Assembly (NCBI GenBank): GCA_965223795.1
Contig: CBDCXL010000001.1
Coordinates: 480,001 to 544,000 of the forward strand
Direction of reading: 5' to 3'
DNA: 64,000 bases
Origin: Nitrospinales bacterium
Lineage (GTDB): Bacteria > Nitrospinota > Nitrospinia > Nitrospinales > VA-1
This document shows, piece after piece, positions 52,904 to 63,127 of the stretch (the stretch's first letter is position 1; each line of letters begins with the position of its first letter). Made by a program: the position numbers and the translations under genes. The notes beneath the pieces are model-generated. The model had not been told where the DNA came from. It made no database searches and worked only from the letters and a program-made list of their open reading frames with translations.

Positions 52904-53923
52904 ATGAGTAAAAAAAGAAAAATAATACTGTCGCTGTTCACGTTCACGGTGGTTGCCAGCTGGGTGCTCGGCGGCTATTTTTTTTATCTGGCGACGCACC
53001 CGGTGAGCGAGGACGACCGCCTGCGGCATGTGGAAATCTCTCCGGGCATGACCCTAAAGCAGACGTCGGACATCCTTGCCGAGAAACACCTGATCCGCAG
53101 CGCGTCCACCTTCCGCATCCTGGCGCACCTGCGCGACAAGCACACGCAGATCCAGGCGGGGGAATACGAAATCTCGCCCGCGATGGTGCCCGGTGAGATC
53201 CTCACCAAGATCACGTCGGGGAAAACGGTGCTGCACCCGGTGACGATTCCCGAGGGCTTCCGCATCACCGAGATCGCCGCGCACCTGGCGGACCGGGGCC
53301 TTGTCGACAGCGACAAATTCATCGAGCAGACGCAAAACCCGCGCTGGCTGAAAGAAATGGACATTCCGGGCGATTCGCTGGAAGGCTACCTGTTTCCGGA
53401 AACGTACCATTTCAGCAAGTACACCACCGAGGAGCAGATCATCCAGAAAATGCTCGACACCTTCCGCTCCGAAGGCGCGCCCGAAGCATTCCGGCAGCGC
53501 GCCCGGGAACTCAAGCTCAGCTACCATGAGATCGTCACGCTGGCTTCCCTGATCGAAAAGGAAACCGGCGTGGACGAGGAACGCAAGATCATCTCCTCGG
53601 TGTTTCACAACCGGCTGAAGAAAAACATGAAACTGCAGACCGACCCGACGGTCATCTACGCCATCCGCAATTTCGACGGCAACATCCGCAAGAAGGACCT
53701 GAGCATCGATTCGCCCTACAACACCTACCGCTATTTCGGCCTGCCGCCCGGACCGATCGCCAGCCCCGGCAGGCAGTCGATCGAAGCCGCGCTGTATCCC
53801 AACGAAACGGAATTTCTCTACTTCGTTTCCAAAAAGGACGGCAGGCACAAGTTCTCCTCCAACCTGGCGGATCACAATGCGGCGGTGGCGAAATATCAGC
53901 TAGGGCGCATCAAGAAGCTGTAA
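52904..53923 (+). CDS. mltG: Endolytic transglycosylase MltG
   Basis: TIPEG, LEGYLFPETY, LASLIEKE, LQTDPTV and SPYNTY...GLPPGPI. Confidence 0.95.
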   Translation: MSKKRKIILSLFTFTVVASWVLGGYFFYLATHPVSEDDRLRHVEISPGMTLKQTSDILAEKHLIRSASTFRILAHLRDKHTQIQAGEYEISPAMVPGEILTKITSGKTVLHPVTIPEGFRITEIAAHLADRGLVDSDKFIEQTQNPRWLKEMDIPGDSLEGYLFPETYHFSKYTTEEQIIQKMLDTFRSEGAPEAFRQRARELKLSYHEIVTLASLIEKETGVDEERKIISSVFHNRLKKNMKLQTDPTVIYAIRNFDGNIRKKDLSIDSPYNTYRYFGLPPGPIASPGRQSIEAALYPNETEFLYFVSKKDGRHKFSSNLADHNAAVAKYQLGRIKKL

Positions 53924-53954
53924 AGGGGCCGGTCTCACTGGAAAGGAGCACGCC

Positions 53955-54083
53955 ATGATTCCCGATAAAAAAACGCAACCGCGACAAGAGCATCCCGGCT
54001 GGAACCTGTTTGTCCATACGGGCCTGATCCTCAAAGTCCTCACCGGGCTGGCGCTGATCGCGCTGCTCTGGTATCTCAAGTGA
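53955..54083 (+). CDS. Small (42 aa) single-TM protein
   Basis: AAGGAG RBS, then MIPDKKTQPRQEHPGWNLFVHTGLILKVLTGLALIALLWYLK. Not in the ORF track. Confidence 0.65.
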   Translation: MIPDKKTQPRQEHPGWNLFVHTGLILKVLTGLALIALLWYLK

Positions 54084-54108
54084 CCGCTTCTTGTACCGGG
54101 TGCTGCAC

Positions 54109-55053
54109 TCAGCCTTCCAGGTACTTGACCATGCGGTACACCATCTCGTTGAACGGCACCTCGATGCCCAGCGCGCGCGCCTGACGCACGACGATGCCGT
54201 TGAGCGCGTCCACTTCCGTGCGCTTGCGCGCCCTGAGATCCTGCAGCATCGACGATTCGTGTTCGTAGGTCGCGGGCAGCAGGTTTTCGTAAAACGCCGC
54301 CAGATACTGCTCCGGCCGTTCCCAGTGGGTCTCGTAGCCGGAAGGTTTCATGACGCGGAACACCTCTTCGACGATGCCGTTCATGATCCTGCGGGTGTGT
54401 TCGGAATCGCCCAGCTTGCCGTAGGGCACGCCGAGGATCGCCCCCAGCCCGTTGAGGGCGCAGTTGTACAGCATCTTGGCCCACAGGTCCTTGCCGATGT
54501 GGCGGGTGATTTTACACGGCAGCCCGCCCTGTTCGATGGCCTGCGCCAGCGGTTCGAGGATTTTCGGGTCCAGGCCGTACAGACTGCCCAGGTGCATCGC
54601 ATCGGCGTGCACGGTGATGTCCACCTGGTTTTCCCGCGGCCGCCTGAAGCCCGTGATGACGCGGGCGCTCGCCACCTGCTCGCGCGGAAAGCGCTGCGCG
54701 AACGGTTCGGCGTTGCCCCAGCCGTTCTGGCACAGCACGATGTGGCCGTCGAACTTGCGGATCCAGGGCCAGGCGGCGATCTCTTCCGCGGCCTGCACCG
54801 TGTCCTGGGATTTGGTGCAGACCAGGATGTAACGGCAGTCGGAGCGGGGCAGATCGTTGAGCCGGGTGAGACAATAAAAATCCGCCGGCGCGGCGCGGAA
54901 CTCTCCAAAAATCCCGGTGCGGCGGAGACCTTCACTGCGCAGCAGGCGGACGGTGTCTTCGCGGGCGACCAGAGTCACTTCGGCTTTCGCCTGCAGCAGA
55001 AAACTGGCGAGCCCCAGTCCCACCGCACCCGCACCGTAGATCATGACGTGCAT
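54109..55053 (-). CDS. panE: 2-dehydropantoate 2-reductase
   Basis: GAGAVG, CTKS, QNG, W.K..YNCALN, SSMLQD and TEVDALNG. Confidence 0.92.
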   Translation of the reverse strand: MHVMIYGAGAVGLGLASFLLQAKAEVTLVAREDTVRLLRSEGLRRTGIFGEFRAAPADFYCLTRLNDLPRSDCRYILVCTKSQDTVQAAEEIAAWPWIRKFDGHIVLCQNGWGNAEPFAQRFPREQVASARVITGFRRPRENQVDITVHADAMHLGSLYGLDPKILEPLAQAIEQGGLPCKITRHIGKDLWAKMLYNCALNGLGAILGVPYGKLGDSEHTRRIMNGIVEEVFRVMKPSGYETHWERPEQYLAAFYENLLPATYEHESSMLQDLRARKRTEVDALNGIVVRQARALGIEVPFNEMVYRMVKYLEG

Positions 55054-55250
55054 CCGGTCCCTCCCAACCGATAGAAAACACGGGCGATATTAAAAAATCG
55101 CCTCTTGTGAATCGTTTCGAAAGATGAGAGGATCATAATACAAGTGAGCCGCCGGGTGACTGAAAATTATCCGGCGAACCCCTTTTTAACGCGGCGGGCT
55201 CTGCTTTCGGGGTTCTTCTGTACCGCAAAAATACAAAGGGAGGCAATGTA

Positions 55251-55805
55251 ATGACTCAACAAACCGCACAAACGCAAAATTACAATCACACCGACTGGTT
55301 GAAAAATATTTCCGCCTTGTTCCGCGAAGTCCGCGCCTTCGCCAACGAGGGCAGCACGATGATCAAGGATTCCGCGAAAAAATTGTGGAGCCGGACGGTC
55401 TCGGAAATCCGGTTTTTCATCTCCCGCTCGACGATGCTGGACTATCTCGGCGGCGGGATCACCGCGGCGATCGGCTTCATGGCGACGCTGGTGTTTCTGT
55501 CGGGCTTCGGCCTGATCGGCTACCAGATCTTCCTCTGGCTGAAAGACGGGGTGTGGACGGAGTTCCCGCTTTTCGTGGTGTTCAACTTCATGTTCGAAAA
55601 CACCGCCCTGCAAAGCTGGATGCAGCAGCCGGAGTCCTGGTACGGCTTGCAGCAGGTCAGTTCCTGGTTCCTGGAAAACATCCCGCTTTCGCTCGCCCTC
55701 ATCGTCCCCGGCTTCATGGTGGCCAGCGGCATGGCGGGCATCGCGGCGGCGGCGATCTGCATCCGCTATTACCAGTTCAAAAAAATGGAACAGGGCAGCG
55801 AGTGA
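55251..55805 (+). CDS. Hypothetical membrane protein
   Basis: GGGAGG RBS, 184 aa, two or three hydrophobic segments. Confidence 0.75.
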   Translation: MTQQTAQTQNYNHTDWLKNISALFREVRAFANEGSTMIKDSAKKLWSRTVSEIRFFISRSTMLDYLGGGITAAIGFMATLVFLSGFGLIGYQIFLWLKDGVWTEFPLFVVFNFMFENTALQSWMQQPESWYGLQQVSSWFLENIPLSLALIVPGFMVASGMAGIAAAAICIRYYQFKKMEQGSE

Positions 55806-55988
55806 GCCGCTGCTGAGCGTTCAACCCGATTGGTCGCGCCCGCTCCGGCATCGTTTCGGCCGCCACGGGCGCGCCACTTTGAGCTTTGCGGTTCCCTTGA
55901 GCATACCGTCCCGCGTTTTCTTTCTTTTTGATCCCCAAAACCCGTTTTTCGTTCCACTGTCCCCAGCGGGACCAAACGGAGATTGCGC

Positions 55989-56918
55989 ATGAACATACTG
56001 GTGACCGGCGGCGCGGGCTTCATCGGCTCGCACGTGGTGGACGCTTATGTGGCGGAAGGCCACCGTGTGACGGTGCTGGACGATCTGTCGTCGGGCAAAC
56101 GGGATCAGGTGAACCCGCAGGCCTCTTTCTACGAGATGGACATCCTCAGCGAAGATGTCGAGCGGGTGCTGGAGAAGGAGCGCATCGAGGTGATCAACCA
56201 CCACGCCGCCCAGGTTTCGGTGACGGTCTCGGTTTCCGACCCGCAGCGGGATGCGCGCATCAACATCCAGGGAAGCCTCAATCTGTTGAAACACGCGGCG
56301 GCCCAGGGCGTGAAGCGGTTCGTCTTCGCCTCCACCGGCGGCGCCCTGTATGGCGAGCAGGAACGCTATCCCGCCGATGAAAGCCATCCGGTGCGGCCGA
56401 TCAGCCCCTACGGCATTGCCAAATTCAGCGTGGAAAACTACCTAGGGTTCTATCAGGCCACGCACGGCATCACGCCCATCGTGCTGCGCTACAGCAATGT
56501 CTACGGCCCGCGCCAGGACCCGCACGGGGAAGCGGGAGTGGTGGCGATCTTCACCGACCGCTTTTTGAACGACGAAAATCCCACCATATTCGGCGACGGC
56601 AGGCAGACGCGCGACTTCGTTTCCGTGTCCGACGTGGTGGCCGCCAATGTGCGCGCCCTTTCGGGTTCCCTCGCCGGGCCGTACAACATCGCCACCGGCA
56701 AGGAAACCTCGGTCAACGATCTGTGCGGCCAGTTCAACCGGCTTTCGGGAAAAAGCCTGGCTCCGCGCTACGCACCGGCGCGGGCGGGCGAGGTGGAACG
56801 CAGCGTGCTCGATGCCGGAAAATTTCAAAACGCCGCCAACTGGCAGGCGCAGGACTCTCTGGAAAGCGGCCTCAAGAAAACCTACGGCTATTTCCAGGAA
56901 AAAGCCGCGGCGTCCTGA
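55989..56918 (+). CDS. NAD-dependent epimerase/dehydratase (UDP-glucose 4-epimerase-like)
   Basis: VTGGAGFIGSH, SPYG.AK (YxxxK), RYSNVYGPRQ and GDG.QTRDF. Confidence 0.92.
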   Translation: MNILVTGGAGFIGSHVVDAYVAEGHRVTVLDDLSSGKRDQVNPQASFYEMDILSEDVERVLEKERIEVINHHAAQVSVTVSVSDPQRDARINIQGSLNLLKHAAAQGVKRFVFASTGGALYGEQERYPADESHPVRPISPYGIAKFSVENYLGFYQATHGITPIVLRYSNVYGPRQDPHGEAGVVAIFTDRFLNDENPTIFGDGRQTRDFVSVSDVVAANVRALSGSLAGPYNIATGKETSVNDLCGQFNRLSGKSLAPRYAPARAGEVERSVLDAGKFQNAANWQAQDSLESGLKKTYGYFQEKAAAS

Positions 56919-57159
56919 AGCATTTTCACGCACTCCCTTCCACGCCCCGTTTACAACCCTTCCATTTACAGATTGCCACTATCCCGAAAAACTCAACGTA
57001 AATCCCCTGTAATTCCGCCATTTACACGCAATTCCCTGAGAAACCGGGTCTGTTGCCAACTTGTGACCCGGCCCCAACGATTCCGCAATATGCTGAATTT
57101 ATACTGGTTTCAGAGTCCAAGGGGATGGACCGGACCCATCATTTGACAAGGAGGCGGAT

Positions 57160-57423
57160 ATGGAATTCTGGAACGCGGATGTGAGCTGGGGAATCGCCCT
57201 GTTTCTGCTGGGCGTGGTGATATTGAACGCGTGCAGCTGGATCGAGATTCACAATCACAAGCGGATGAAAGATCTGCGGCGGCTCTCCCTCTACGGACGG
57301 CGCCGGTTCGACAGCATGGCCACGGTGCCGCAGACGATGCGCAGCACGCTCATGACGCTGACCGGCAGCGCGGTGTCGCTGACCGGCCTGATCATGATCT
57401 TTGGCACCATCAACTGGTCCTGA
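57160..57423 (+). CDS. Small two-TM hypothetical protein
   Basis: AAGGAGG RBS and two hydrophobic helices. Confidence 0.7.
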   Translation: MEFWNADVSWGIALFLLGVVILNACSWIEIHNHKRMKDLRRLSLYGRRRFDSMATVPQTMRSTLMTLTGSAVSLTGLIMIFGTINWS

Positions 57424-57457
57424 TCGCCAACGGAGGGTGCCACACACCCCCTTCGCG

Positions 57458-58123
57458 TCAAAAGGCGAGGTGAAAGCCCACTTCGAAATTGTGCGCTCCG
57501 GTGACTGTCGTGACTTCGCGGTACGTGGAATCCCGCGTTCCCAGGTACCGGTAGCCGACGCCAAAATCCAGGTTCTCGCTCAGGCTGGACGTCACGCCCA
57601 TCAGCCCCTGGTACGCCAGCCAGTGGTCATAGCCATCCTGCAATCCCTGCACGCTGCCTCCGAAACGCTTCAAGGTTCCCTGCTGCCAGGCAATTCCCAG
57701 ACCGAAACCGATATACGGCGTGAACAGCGCGTCCGTGCGGATGTCATAGAGCGTGTTGACGACCAGCGTGCGCGTGTCCCAGATGCGGAACTCCTGCGAA
57801 AATTCGTCCCCGCCCAAGGGGTCGGAAATCCTGCCCTGCACGTAGGCAGCCGGATCGGAGGGATGGTCGCCGGAATTGAACTTTAAGTCGAAGGTATCTC
57901 CCAATCCAAACCCGTGCCCTGTCTGCAATTGCATGCGAGTGCTTGTTTCAAAATCCCCGGCCTTCCTGAACAGGTGAACCCAGTAAAGGTCGGGTTGAAA
58001 CGCATTCAAGCTCAACAGGCTCCACGGTGCAGGCCCCTTCCCTCTGGGCGAGTTATCGTTATCGGCAAATGCGGTGCTGGCAGTAAAAACGAGGACACAA
58101 GCCATGATACGGAAAATCATCAT
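57458..58123 (-). CDS. Outer-membrane beta-barrel protein (opacity/OmpA-like barrel)
   Basis: Signal peptide (AFA), N.LYD..T...FTPYIG.GLG, AYQ...GV, GYRYL, and C-terminal Phe. Confidence 0.8.
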   Translation of the reverse strand: MMIFRIMACVLVFTASTAFADNDNSPRGKGPAPWSLLSLNAFQPDLYWVHLFRKAGDFETSTRMQLQTGHGFGLGDTFDLKFNSGDHPSDPAAYVQGRISDPLGGDEFSQEFRIWDTRTLVVNTLYDIRTDALFTPYIGFGLGIAWQQGTLKRFGGSVQGLQDGYDHWLAYQGLMGVTSSLSENLDFGVGYRYLGTRDSTYREVTTVTGAHNFEVGFHLAF

Positions 58124-58413
58124 CCTGACCTCCCATTTCACTCCCCTGCTGTGATGAGTTCACCACCTGGTCCGTTGTAAAACCTCCCGTTTTGAATCGC
58201 CGTCCGCCAAAGTCTTGACATTTTGGCGTATTCAATATTTATAAAAGCAATCCCCGTGCCGGGAATTCTTGTAAAATTACTGATAATTTGTGTGTTAGTG
58301 AATTTTCTTTGAGATGGGAGAATTAAAGGCAAAGGCCTCGCTGTTCCGGTGAGGCGGCTCTGGATGCGAGCGTCAATATTTCCGACGGAGGCGCCCACAG
58401 GGAGCTGGAGAGA

Positions 58414-59079
58414 TCAGGGGCCTTCCCGCTTCGGCGGCCCGGCATTTTCAGAACGGGCGCAACGGAAACCGACGTAATGAAAGCGCTGGTTGGGCAAGGA
58501 CAGGATGCGGTGGTGGGAGCGCAGACTGGTGTGCGAATTGCGCCAGGAGCCGCCGCGCACCACCTTTCCCTGCACCTCGTGGTCGCTGGCGGTCCATTCC
58601 CACACGTTGCCGGCCATGTCGAACAGCCCCAGCGCGTTGGGCTGCTTGAGGCCCACCGGATGGGTCTGCTTCCCGGCGTTGCCCTTGTGCCAGGCAAAGC
58701 GGTCGTCCATCGCATCGCCCCAGGGGTACAGGGTGGCCGTTCCCGCGCGGGTCGCCTTCTCCCATTCGTCCTGCGTGGGCAGGCGCTTCCCTGCCCTGCG
58801 GCAGAATTCCTGCGCCTCGAACCAGTTCACATCCTCCACCGGCCGGCGCGGTCCCTTAAAATACGCCGGGTTGGACCCGATGCGCTTTTCATATGCGGCC
58901 TGCGTGACCTCGGTCTTGTCGATGTAAAACGCCGGCAGGTGTTTTTTCACCAGCGCGCCGGGCTTCCCGGAAGCGTACTCGCCGCCCGGAATGCGAACCA
59001 TGCCCTGCGGAATGGACCCGGCGAAAACGGGGTTGCCCCAGAACCAGAGCAGTAACAACAGCAGGGATGGACTTCTCAT
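58414..59079 (-). CDS. Exported FGE-sulfatase-fold protein
   Basis: FYIDKTEVT, PVE.VNW.EA..FC..GKRLPT..EWE, DMAGNVWEW, RGGSW and GFRC. Confidence 0.9.
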   Translation of the reverse strand: MRSPSLLLLLLWFWGNPVFAGSIPQGMVRIPGGEYASGKPGALVKKHLPAFYIDKTEVTQAAYEKRIGSNPAYFKGPRRPVEDVNWFEAQEFCRRAGKRLPTQDEWEKATRAGTATLYPWGDAMDDRFAWHKGNAGKQTHPVGLKQPNALGLFDMAGNVWEWTASDHEVQGKVVRGGSWRNSHTSLRSHHRILSLPNQRFHYVGFRCARSENAGPPKREGP

Positions 59080-59393
59080 AATGTTTCATTTTTTAATGGA
59101 ACCGTTTTGCCCGCGTGTCCGCAGAGTAACACGGCAGGTCCGTGAGCGGTTCCCGGCTCCGAAAACGCGATTGAATTTCCCTGAAGAAACTCTAGGCAAG
59201 ATTTTCACTTCATTGAGATTTCCCTTCTTTTCTTTCTTCCTGGCGAACACGGGGAACGTCTTTCGCCCCCGTATCGAGGTACTCCAGAACCCATTGATTA
59301 TAGGCTAATTATGAACTTTTTGACTGAAATTCCCTGTGTTTCTCGTTAATCTATACGAAGAGCGGTCTATTTATATGGAGGGGGATTTTCGGC

Positions 59394-60371
59394 ATGGGCA
59401 ACGGTAAAAAAGAAGCGGATCGATTCAATCTCTGGGCGAATAAAATCAAAGAGCTGGTCAAGGAATCCGAGGCGTTCGGCTCCGAGATCCACAAGGAGCT
59501 GCAGGCGCTCAAGCAGTCGCAGGAAAAAGCCCTGCGGCAGTTGAAGGAGCAGGAGTACCAGCTTGAAATCGGCGACGAAGAACTCATCAAAGCCAAGGAT
59601 GAGATCAAGCAGCTCAAGCTGCATGTCAAAAAAGCCGAGAAGCTCGAATCCGCCAACGAGGAACTGCTCAAGACGAAAGAAGAGAACAAGCAGCTCAAGA
59701 TCCAGCTCAAGGAAGCGCAGAAATGGGAGGTCGCGGAAGAGGAACTGAAGGAAGCGAAATCCGAAATCCAGGAGCTGAACGAGCAGGTCAAGGATCTGGA
59801 GAAGCTGGAGCTTGCGGATGAGGAACTGCAGGAAGCGAAGCAGGAAATCAAGGATCTGAAACTGCGGCTGAAAAAAGCCGAAAAGCTGGAAGCGGCCGAC
59901 GCGGCGCTGACCGATGCGAAGGAAACGATCAAAAAGCTCAAAACCAAGCTCAAGGAAGCACAGAAGTGGGAAACGGTGGAGGAGGAGCTGCTGGAAGCCC
60001 GCGAAGAAGTGCAGACCCTGAAGAAAAAAGTGGCGGACCTGAAAAAGCTGGAGGCCTCCACCGCCGAACTCAAGAAGGCCAAGCAGAAGATCAAGGAATT
60101 GACCGACAAGCTGCAGGACGACAGCAAGCAGAAGGCCGTCGAAATCGAACTGCAGAAGGCCAAGCGCGAGATCAACACGCTCAAGTCCGACAACAAGTCC
60201 TACGAGAAAAAAATCCAGTCACTGGAAAAATCCAACGCCCCGAAAGCGAGCCCCGTCACCGCCGCAACCCAACGGCGGCGCACGGCCCCCAATGCGATCA
60301 ACCTGGAAGACATGGTGAGCGACATCGACACCCAGAGAAACCTGGACGAAGAGAAAAAGGCGTTTCTCTGA
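59394..60371 (+). CDS. Coiled-coil protein with eight 27-aa tandem repeats
   Basis: E/K/L-rich, with repeat units ending KKAEKL / KEAQKW / KDLEKL. GGAGG RBS. Confidence 0.85.
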   Translation: MGNGKKEADRFNLWANKIKELVKESEAFGSEIHKELQALKQSQEKALRQLKEQEYQLEIGDEELIKAKDEIKQLKLHVKKAEKLESANEELLKTKEENKQLKIQLKEAQKWEVAEEELKEAKSEIQELNEQVKDLEKLELADEELQEAKQEIKDLKLRLKKAEKLEAADAALTDAKETIKKLKTKLKEAQKWETVEEELLEAREEVQTLKKKVADLKKLEASTAELKKAKQKIKELTDKLQDDSKQKAVEIELQKAKREINTLKSDNKSYEKKIQSLEKSNAPKASPVTAATQRRRTAPNAINLEDMVSDIDTQRNLDEEKKAFL

Positions 60372-60380
60372 TCCCTCCGG

Positions 60381-62135
60381 TCAAAACCACCCATACCCCA
60401 GTGTCAGCGCGCCGGGACGGCGCGGGTCGGACGCGCCCTTGTAGCGTTTCCTGCCCTTGAGGATCGACTGGGTCGAGCCCATCGGCTCCCTCACGACGAT
60501 GCGGTGCCCGCGTTCCCGCAACTGCTTCAGCACTTCTTCAGGAAACCCCGCCTCGACCCGCAATTCATCCGGCAGCCATTGATGGTGCACGCGCAGAGCC
60601 TGCGTCGCTTCGGCAATGTCCATGCCGTGGTCGATGACGTTCAGGATCACCTGCAGGGTGGTGGTGATGATGCGGCTGCCGCCGGGGCTGCCGGTGACGA
60701 GCAGGGGTTTGCCGTTCTTGAACACGAGGGTCGGCGACATGGAGCTCAGCGGCCGCTTGCCGGGCTCGATGGCGTTGGCCTTGCCGCCGATCAGCCCGTA
60801 GGCGTTGGGCACGCCGGGCTTGGCGGAAAAATCGTCCATCTCGTTGTTGAGCAGAATGCCGGTGCCCTTGACGACGATGCCGGAGCCATAAGGGAAATTC
60901 AGGGTGTAGGTGTTGGAAACGGCGTTGCCCATTGCGTCGACGATGGAAAAATGCGTGGTCTCGGCGCTCTCGTAGGACGCAGGCGCACCGGGAAAGATCT
61001 GCTCGGAGGGTTTGGCGCGGGAGGGATCGATCCTGCCGCGCAGCTCGTTCGCGTAGGCCTTGGACGTGAGGCCGGCAACGGGCACGTCCCAGAAGTCGGG
61101 ATCGCCCAGGTAGCGGCTGCGGTCGGCGTAGGCGAGCTTCATGGCTTCCGCCATCCAGTGCAGGGCCTCGGCGCTGTTGTGGCCCAATTTGGCCATCGGC
61201 ACCTGTTCGAGAATATTGAGGATCTGGATGATGTGCACGCCGCCGGAACTGGGCGGCGGCATGGAGACGATCTCGTGGCCGCGGTAGCTGCCGCGCACCG
61301 GCTGGCGCAGACGGGCGCGGTAGTTCGCCAGATCCTCGAGACGCATGGCGCCGCCGTTGTCCCGCATCTGGGCTGCGATCTTCCGCGCGATGGCGCCTTG
61401 GTAAAAAACCTCCGTCCCTTCCCCGGCGATGGCTTCCAGCGTGTCGGCGAGATCGCTCTGCACCAGCACTTCACCCACTTCGTACGAAGCGCCGTTGGGC
61501 TTGAAGAAGATCTCCGCCGTCTGCGGCCATTCCATGAAGCGTTCGCGCTGCTCCTCGAGACTGGCCTTGAGATGCGGCGTCATGATGATGCCCTCCCGCG
61601 CCAGCTCGATCGCGGGTTCCAGCGCCTCCTTCAAAGACAGAGTCCCGTACGTTTCGAGCGCCAGCGCGAGACCGGCCACGGTGCCCGGCACTCCTGAAGA
61701 GAGGTGGGTGTAGCGCGACCGGTTCTCCACGACCATCTTGAAATTGTCGAGAAACATGTCGCGGGTCGCCGCGGCGGGTGCGGATTCCCGGTAGTCGATG
61801 GCGACGGTGTCGCCCGATTTGGCGTCGTGGATGAGCATGAACCCGCCGCCTCCCAGGTTGCCCGCCTGAGGCAGGGTGACGGCCAGGGCGAACCCGACGG
61901 CCACCGCCGCGTCCACGGCGTTGCCGCCGTCCTTGAGGACTTCCAGTCCCACCTTGGTCGCCACCGCTTCCTGGGTGGACACCATTCCCTTGGTTGCGGA
62001 CACCGCTTCCGGGCCGTCCGGCACTGCCATTTCGGCCCTGGACGGCACGGGCGACGATCCGCAGCCGGGACCGAAGGCGATAAAACTCAGGATCAAAAGA
62101 ACCGCCACGAATGGGTGAAGGAATTTTCGTTTCAT
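60381..62135 (-). CDS. ggt: Gamma-glutamyltransferase
   Basis: GGNAVDAAVA, GNLGGGGF, ETTHFS (nucleophile Thr), LNNEMDDF, RPLSSMSP and GSPGG.RI. Confidence 0.96.
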   Translation of the reverse strand: MKRKFLHPFVAVLLILSFIAFGPGCGSSPVPSRAEMAVPDGPEAVSATKGMVSTQEAVATKVGLEVLKDGGNAVDAAVAVGFALAVTLPQAGNLGGGGFMLIHDAKSGDTVAIDYRESAPAAATRDMFLDNFKMVVENRSRYTHLSSGVPGTVAGLALALETYGTLSLKEALEPAIELAREGIIMTPHLKASLEEQRERFMEWPQTAEIFFKPNGASYEVGEVLVQSDLADTLEAIAGEGTEVFYQGAIARKIAAQMRDNGGAMRLEDLANYRARLRQPVRGSYRGHEIVSMPPPSSGGVHIIQILNILEQVPMAKLGHNSAEALHWMAEAMKLAYADRSRYLGDPDFWDVPVAGLTSKAYANELRGRIDPSRAKPSEQIFPGAPASYESAETTHFSIVDAMGNAVSNTYTLNFPYGSGIVVKGTGILLNNEMDDFSAKPGVPNAYGLIGGKANAIEPGKRPLSSMSPTLVFKNGKPLLVTGSPGGSRIITTTLQVILNVIDHGMDIAEATQALRVHHQWLPDELRVEAGFPEEVLKQLRERGHRIVVREPMGSTQSILKGRKRYKGASDPRRPGALTLGYGWF

Positions 62136-62308
62136 GCGCTGTCTGCGTGAATTTGAGATGAATTTGCAATTGTACGATGTTTTGGCTTCCCGTCCAACAC
62201 CCTTGATGCCGCGGCTTGCGGATCGGCGCACCGGCCCTCATTATGGCTTGCGCACGCCGCCGCGTTGGGTCACTATGGAGGACTTCAGCCTTCACGACGG
62301 AGCGTACC

Positions 62309-62914
62309 ATGCGTGCACGCATTCTCCTGACCGTATTTGTGATCGCGGCGATCGCCGCCGGATGCACGGAATTAAAAAAACGCGCCGGCGACGGATTCGG
62401 CGGACGCGACAGATGGCAGCAGCCCGAGCGGGTGATGCAGTCGCTCGCCATCCTGCCGGGCGATGCGGTCGCCGACCTGGGCGCGGGAGGCGGTTACTTC
62501 ACGTTCTTTCTCGCCGACGCGACCGGCCCCAAAGGCCGCGTGTATGCGGTGGACATCGATTCCGCGAAGCTCAGGGACATCGATGCGGAATCGGAGCGCA
62601 AGGGCTACGGCAACGTGCGCACGATTCTGGCGGAAGTCAGCGATCCCAAACTGCCCGCGGACGGCGTCGACCTGATCTTTTCCTCCAACACCTTCCACCA
62701 TCTGGTGAACCGCGTCGACTACTTCGACCGGGTGAAGCGCTATCTCAAGCCGGGCGGACGCATCGCCATCATCGACTACAAGGGCGACGGCGATCACGCC
62801 ACGCCGGTGGAGACCATCCGCACGGAAATGACGCGGGCGGGCTACCGGCTGGACGAGCGCTTCGAGTTTCTGGAAAAACAGAATTTTCAGATTTTTTCCC
62901 TGCCGGAGAGCTGA
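62309..62914 (+). CDS. Class I SAM-dependent methyltransferase with lipoprotein signal
   Basis: MRARILLTVFVIAAIAAG-C, RD.WQ.P, VADLGAGGGYF, VYAVDI and LKPGGR.AIID. Confidence 0.88.
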   Translation: MRARILLTVFVIAAIAAGCTELKKRAGDGFGGRDRWQQPERVMQSLAILPGDAVADLGAGGGYFTFFLADATGPKGRVYAVDIDSAKLRDIDAESERKGYGNVRTILAEVSDPKLPADGVDLIFSSNTFHHLVNRVDYFDRVKRYLKPGGRIAIIDYKGDGDHATPVETIRTEMTRAGYRLDERFEFLEKQNFQIFSLPES

Positions 62915-62933
62915 ACGCGAACCCATCCCTTTT

Positions 62934-62993
62934 ATGAAACTACTGGTCCTGGGCGCAACAGGTTAACTGGGAAGGCGGCTGGTGCCGAAGCTG
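62934..62993 (+). pseudogene. Fragment of a Rossmann-fold (NAD(P)-binding) gene with premature stop
   Basis: MKLLVLGATG*LGRRLVPKL: the GxxGxxG motif is interrupted by TAA. Confidence 0.55.
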
Positions 62994-63127
62994 GAATTTG
63001 AGCGTCCTGCCGTTCCCGGCCGCTGGAGGATTTTCGCCGCTGTCTGTTAAGTTTATACGGCGGATGCCGTTAATAATTCAAAGCGGCTGCGGTTCCCGCC
63101 GACACGAAACCTTCTGTGAGCCTGAAC

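Noticed and set aside
59565..60212. Possible DNA-level repeat array
   Set aside because: The periodicity is at the protein level with diverged codons inside an intact ORF.
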